From IMG/VR virus record IMGVR_UViG_3300034061_003450, positions 1 to 56,103 of that record: 56,103 bases of DNA; one strand, 5' to 3'. This DNA is from a virus. Lineage: Duplodnaviria; Caudoviricetes. Below are positions 53,590 to 56,103 of the stretch, piece by piece; position 1 is the stretch's first letter, and the number at the start of each line of letters is the position of its first letter. Under the pieces are notes generated by a model that ran no database searches, was not told where the DNA came from, and worked only from the letters and a program-made list of their open reading frames with translations. A program made the position numbers and the translations under genes.

Positions 53590-55755
53590 ATGCGCCAACT
53601 CCTGCAAGACCTCCAGGCGTTGCCTGACGGCTGGAGCCTCGTCGCCGTTGACGGCAACAAACGCCCCTACCAGCCCGCTTGGCAGAAGAACCCCCTCACC
53701 AAGGACCAAGCTGCCGCCGAAATCAAAGCCGGCCGCGCCAAAGCCGTCGGCGTCATAGCTGGCCCCCTCTCCGCTGGCCTCCTGTTCGTTGATCACGACG
53801 GCATCTCCGCCACCGCCGAACTCGAACGCCTCGGCATCCCGCCCCGCACCCTTCCCCTCACCGCCGCCTCCACCTCCGGCCGCGACGGTCGCTTTCAACT
53901 TCTCTTCCGCGTTCCCGAGCGCTATTGGCCGCAGATGCGCAACCGGCGCGTCTTTGCCACCGGCCAGACCGACGCCGACGGCAAAGCCGAAAACCTCGAC
54001 TTCCGCTGGGCTGGCCATCAATCCGTCGTCATCGGTGCTCATCCCATCACCGGCGCATATCGCTGGCTCAAAGGCCGCAGCCCCGCCGAAGTCCAGATCG
54101 CCGAAGCACCCGAAGCGCTGATCCGTCTCCTCATTGAAGAGGAACCCTCGCCTCTCGCTCTCTTCGCTCAGCCCGCGGCACCCATCTCCGCCCCGCCGGC
54201 CTCCGGCCAGACGATCCCCCTCCTCGACTTCATCACCCGGGCCTCACGCGACCTCATCGAATCCGGCGGCACTCCCGGCTCATGGAACGACGATCAACTC
54301 AAGCTCGCACTCGATCTCGTCGGCACCGAATCCTGGATCCTCGCCCAAGGCCATCGCCCGGACATCACCGCCGCCGACGCCTTTGATCAGCACGTCCGCA
54401 ACGCCCAATCCAAGGCCCGCGATTTCGACGTCAAGAAAGCCCGCCAGCGTTTCGCCGGTGCTCTCAACCTCAACCCAACCCCAGCCACGCCCCTAGACAA
54501 GCTCCTCTCACGCCTCGCCTTTCACACCCGCACCCCACGCCCCTCCACACGCCTCAACCCCCCATCCTCCGCACCGACCACCGACCACCACGGGCAGGAT
54601 CCGCTCCCAGTCCACAACAAGCCCATCAAGCTCGAGGTTCCCGAACTCCTCGAAGTCCTCCGCTCACAAGCCAGCGACGGCGGAATCCGCTTCAACGTCT
54701 TCACCCAGCAGATCGAAGTCAACGGTCAGGTCTTCCCCGGCGCCGAGCGCTTCTACCTCCTCCTCGCTGAGCAAGGCATCAAAGCCTCCAAAGACCTCGC
54801 CATCGATTGCCTCCTCCAGGTCGCGCACGAGCACCCCTACGACCCGGTGACCCTCTACCTGGATCACGTCGCAGCCACCGTCGAACCCGCCTACATCGAC
54901 GCCCTCGCAACCGCCTACCTCCGCCCCACCGACGACGGCCCCACCCTCTACGACGAAATGCTCAAGCGCACCCTCATCGGTGCCGTTCGTCGTGCCTTTG
55001 AACCCGGCTGCAAGCACGACACCGCCTGCGTCCTCATGGGTGACCAAGGCGGCCGGAAATCATCCTTCTGGGCAGTCCTCGGCGGTCCCTTCTACAGCGA
55101 CGCCCTCGGCGATTGCTCCAGCAAGGACGACCTCATGATCCTTCACCGTTCCTGGCTCATGGAATGGGCGGAACTTGATCACGTCACCAGCCGCAAGCAC
55201 GCCGGCTCAATCAAAGCCTTCCTCACCCAGGCAACCGACATCTTCCGCGTCCCCTACGGGCGCAGTACCGAATCGTTCCCGCGTCGCGGCATCATCGTCG
55301 GCTCCACCAACCGCCAGACCGGCTTCCTCCAGGACGAAACCGGCAACCGCCGCTTCTGGATCATCCCCACGCCGGCCAACGAATCCAACCCCATCGATAC
55401 CCCCAACCTCGCCGCTGAGCGCGACGCGATCTGGTCGGCTGCCGTTCACGCTTACCGCGCCGGTGAAACCAGCTACCTGCCCGCTCACCTCGCCTCCAGG
55501 GTCGAAGAGGAGAACCTCGCCTACCAGGCCGAGCACCCCTGGAAATCTGTCGTCGAAGCCTGGCTCAACACCCCCGCAGCCACCGGCGGCACCATCACAT
55601 CAGAGCTGATCCTGACCGCTGCCGTCCAGAAACCCGTCGAACGTCAGACCCGTGCTGACCAGATGCAGGTTGCCAACCTCATGCGCGAGCTCGGCTTCGT
55701 CAAGCGCCGCACCACCGTCGGCAACGCGCAGCGCTGGGCCTTCATCAGGGCCTGA
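53590..55755 (+). CDS. bifunctional primase-polymerase fused to VapE-like P-loop helicase
   Basis: KRPY, VDHDG, QSVVIGAHP; GDQGGRKSS, EWAEL, FRVPYGR, GSTN, DETGNRRFW. Confidence 0.9.
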   Translation: MRQLLQDLQALPDGWSLVAVDGNKRPYQPAWQKNPLTKDQAAAEIKAGRAKAVGVIAGPLSAGLLFVDHDGISATAELERLGIPPRTLPLTAASTSGRDGRFQLLFRVPERYWPQMRNRRVFATGQTDADGKAENLDFRWAGHQSVVIGAHPITGAYRWLKGRSPAEVQIAEAPEALIRLLIEEEPSPLALFAQPAAPISAPPASGQTIPLLDFITRASRDLIESGGTPGSWNDDQLKLALDLVGTESWILAQGHRPDITAADAFDQHVRNAQSKARDFDVKKARQRFAGALNLNPTPATPLDKLLSRLAFHTRTPRPSTRLNPPSSAPTTDHHGQDPLPVHNKPIKLEVPELLEVLRSQASDGGIRFNVFTQQIEVNGQVFPGAERFYLLLAEQGIKASKDLAIDCLLQVAHEHPYDPVTLYLDHVAATVEPAYIDALATAYLRPTDDGPTLYDEMLKRTLIGAVRRAFEPGCKHDTACVLMGDQGGRKSSFWAVLGGPFYSDALGDCSSKDDLMILHRSWLMEWAELDHVTSRKHAGSIKAFLTQATDIFRVPYGRSTESFPRRGIIVGSTNRQTGFLQDETGNRRFWIIPTPANESNPIDTPNLAAERDAIWSAAVHAYRAGETSYLPAHLASRVEEENLAYQAEHPWKSVVEAWLNTPAATGGTITSELILTAAVQKPVERQTRADQMQVANLMRELGFVKRRTTVGNAQRWAFIRA

Positions 55756-55760
55756 TCCCC

Positions 55761-55953
55761 CAACTTGCCAACCTTGCCGGCCGAGGTTGGCAGGGGCAGA
55801 TCCATTGCGCTGCAAGGCTCTTGCTAACCTAGATAACCTTCTAACCTTAGTAGAACATGGAATGAAAAGGGGAGGTAGGGCAGGGTAGGCACCCCATTGC
55901 AGACCACTTTGGGAACGAGGTTGGAGGTTGGCAGGTTGGCAAGGTTGGCAACC
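55761..55953. repeat. iteron cluster (AACCT / AGGTTGG), putative replication origin
   Basis: Several (T/C)AACCT copies on the left and four tandem AGGTTGG copies on the right, with an AT-richer centre, directly after the primase-helicase. Confidence 0.65.
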
Positions 55954-56103
55954 GCCTGGCCCCGCTGGCAGCAAAACCGCTAGCTTTCCCATGCGGCCAC
56001 GATCCCGACCGCAACCGTCTGCCCCTGGAAGCCCCCGCATGGCCCCCGAAGCCCTCTCGTTCACCATCACCCCTCCCGCAGCCCCCGACGCGCCTTCCCG
56101 GCC

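Noticed and set aside
55977-56103. Biological terminal repeat
   Set aside because: An exact 127-bp overlap matches an assembler k-mer; it indicates circular assembly, not physical genome ends
1-56103. DGR, retron or group II intron
   Set aside because: No reverse transcriptase motifs (YxDD in an RT context) were recognised in any ORF and no TR/VR pair was seen

Overview
This window is a complete, circularly assembled tailed-phage genome of about 55,976 bp; bases 1-127 are repeated exactly at 55977-56103 as an assembly overlap. It is GC-rich and most likely a temperate siphovirus of picocyanobacteria (Cyanobium/Synechococcus type). That host is inferred from an nblA-like gene, a cyAbrB-like regulator, a group-2-like sigma factor and a cyanobacterial-type tyrosine recombinase. 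The + strand from 0.4 to 30.8 kb carries terminases, a late sigma factor, portal, MuF, the tail module, then scaffold/capsid, fibres and lysis genes, punctuated by a recurring GGAAAACTGA motif. From 30.8 to 53.3 kb the genes are mostly on the - strand: RecE/RecT, a pentapeptide-repeat protein, regulators, a large serine recombinase, dNMP kinase, a DUF4942 methylase, a second sigma factor, SSB, VRR-NUC, helicase and an HNH nuclease. A Prim-pol/VapE gene and an iteron-rich putative origin close the circle. Highlights are (i) a mirror-image cassette island at 39.1-41.4 kb with conserved promoter/operator and leader repeats, variable cargo genes and paralogous zinc-finger terminal genes; (ii) an island in the tail module with an intact antitoxin, a truncated RelE, a candidate sRNA and nblA behind a back-to-back late motif; and (iii) a pentapeptide array with no silent changes, whose variation is all compatible with adenine positions. 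All functional calls come from motif recognition by eye; no database searches were run.
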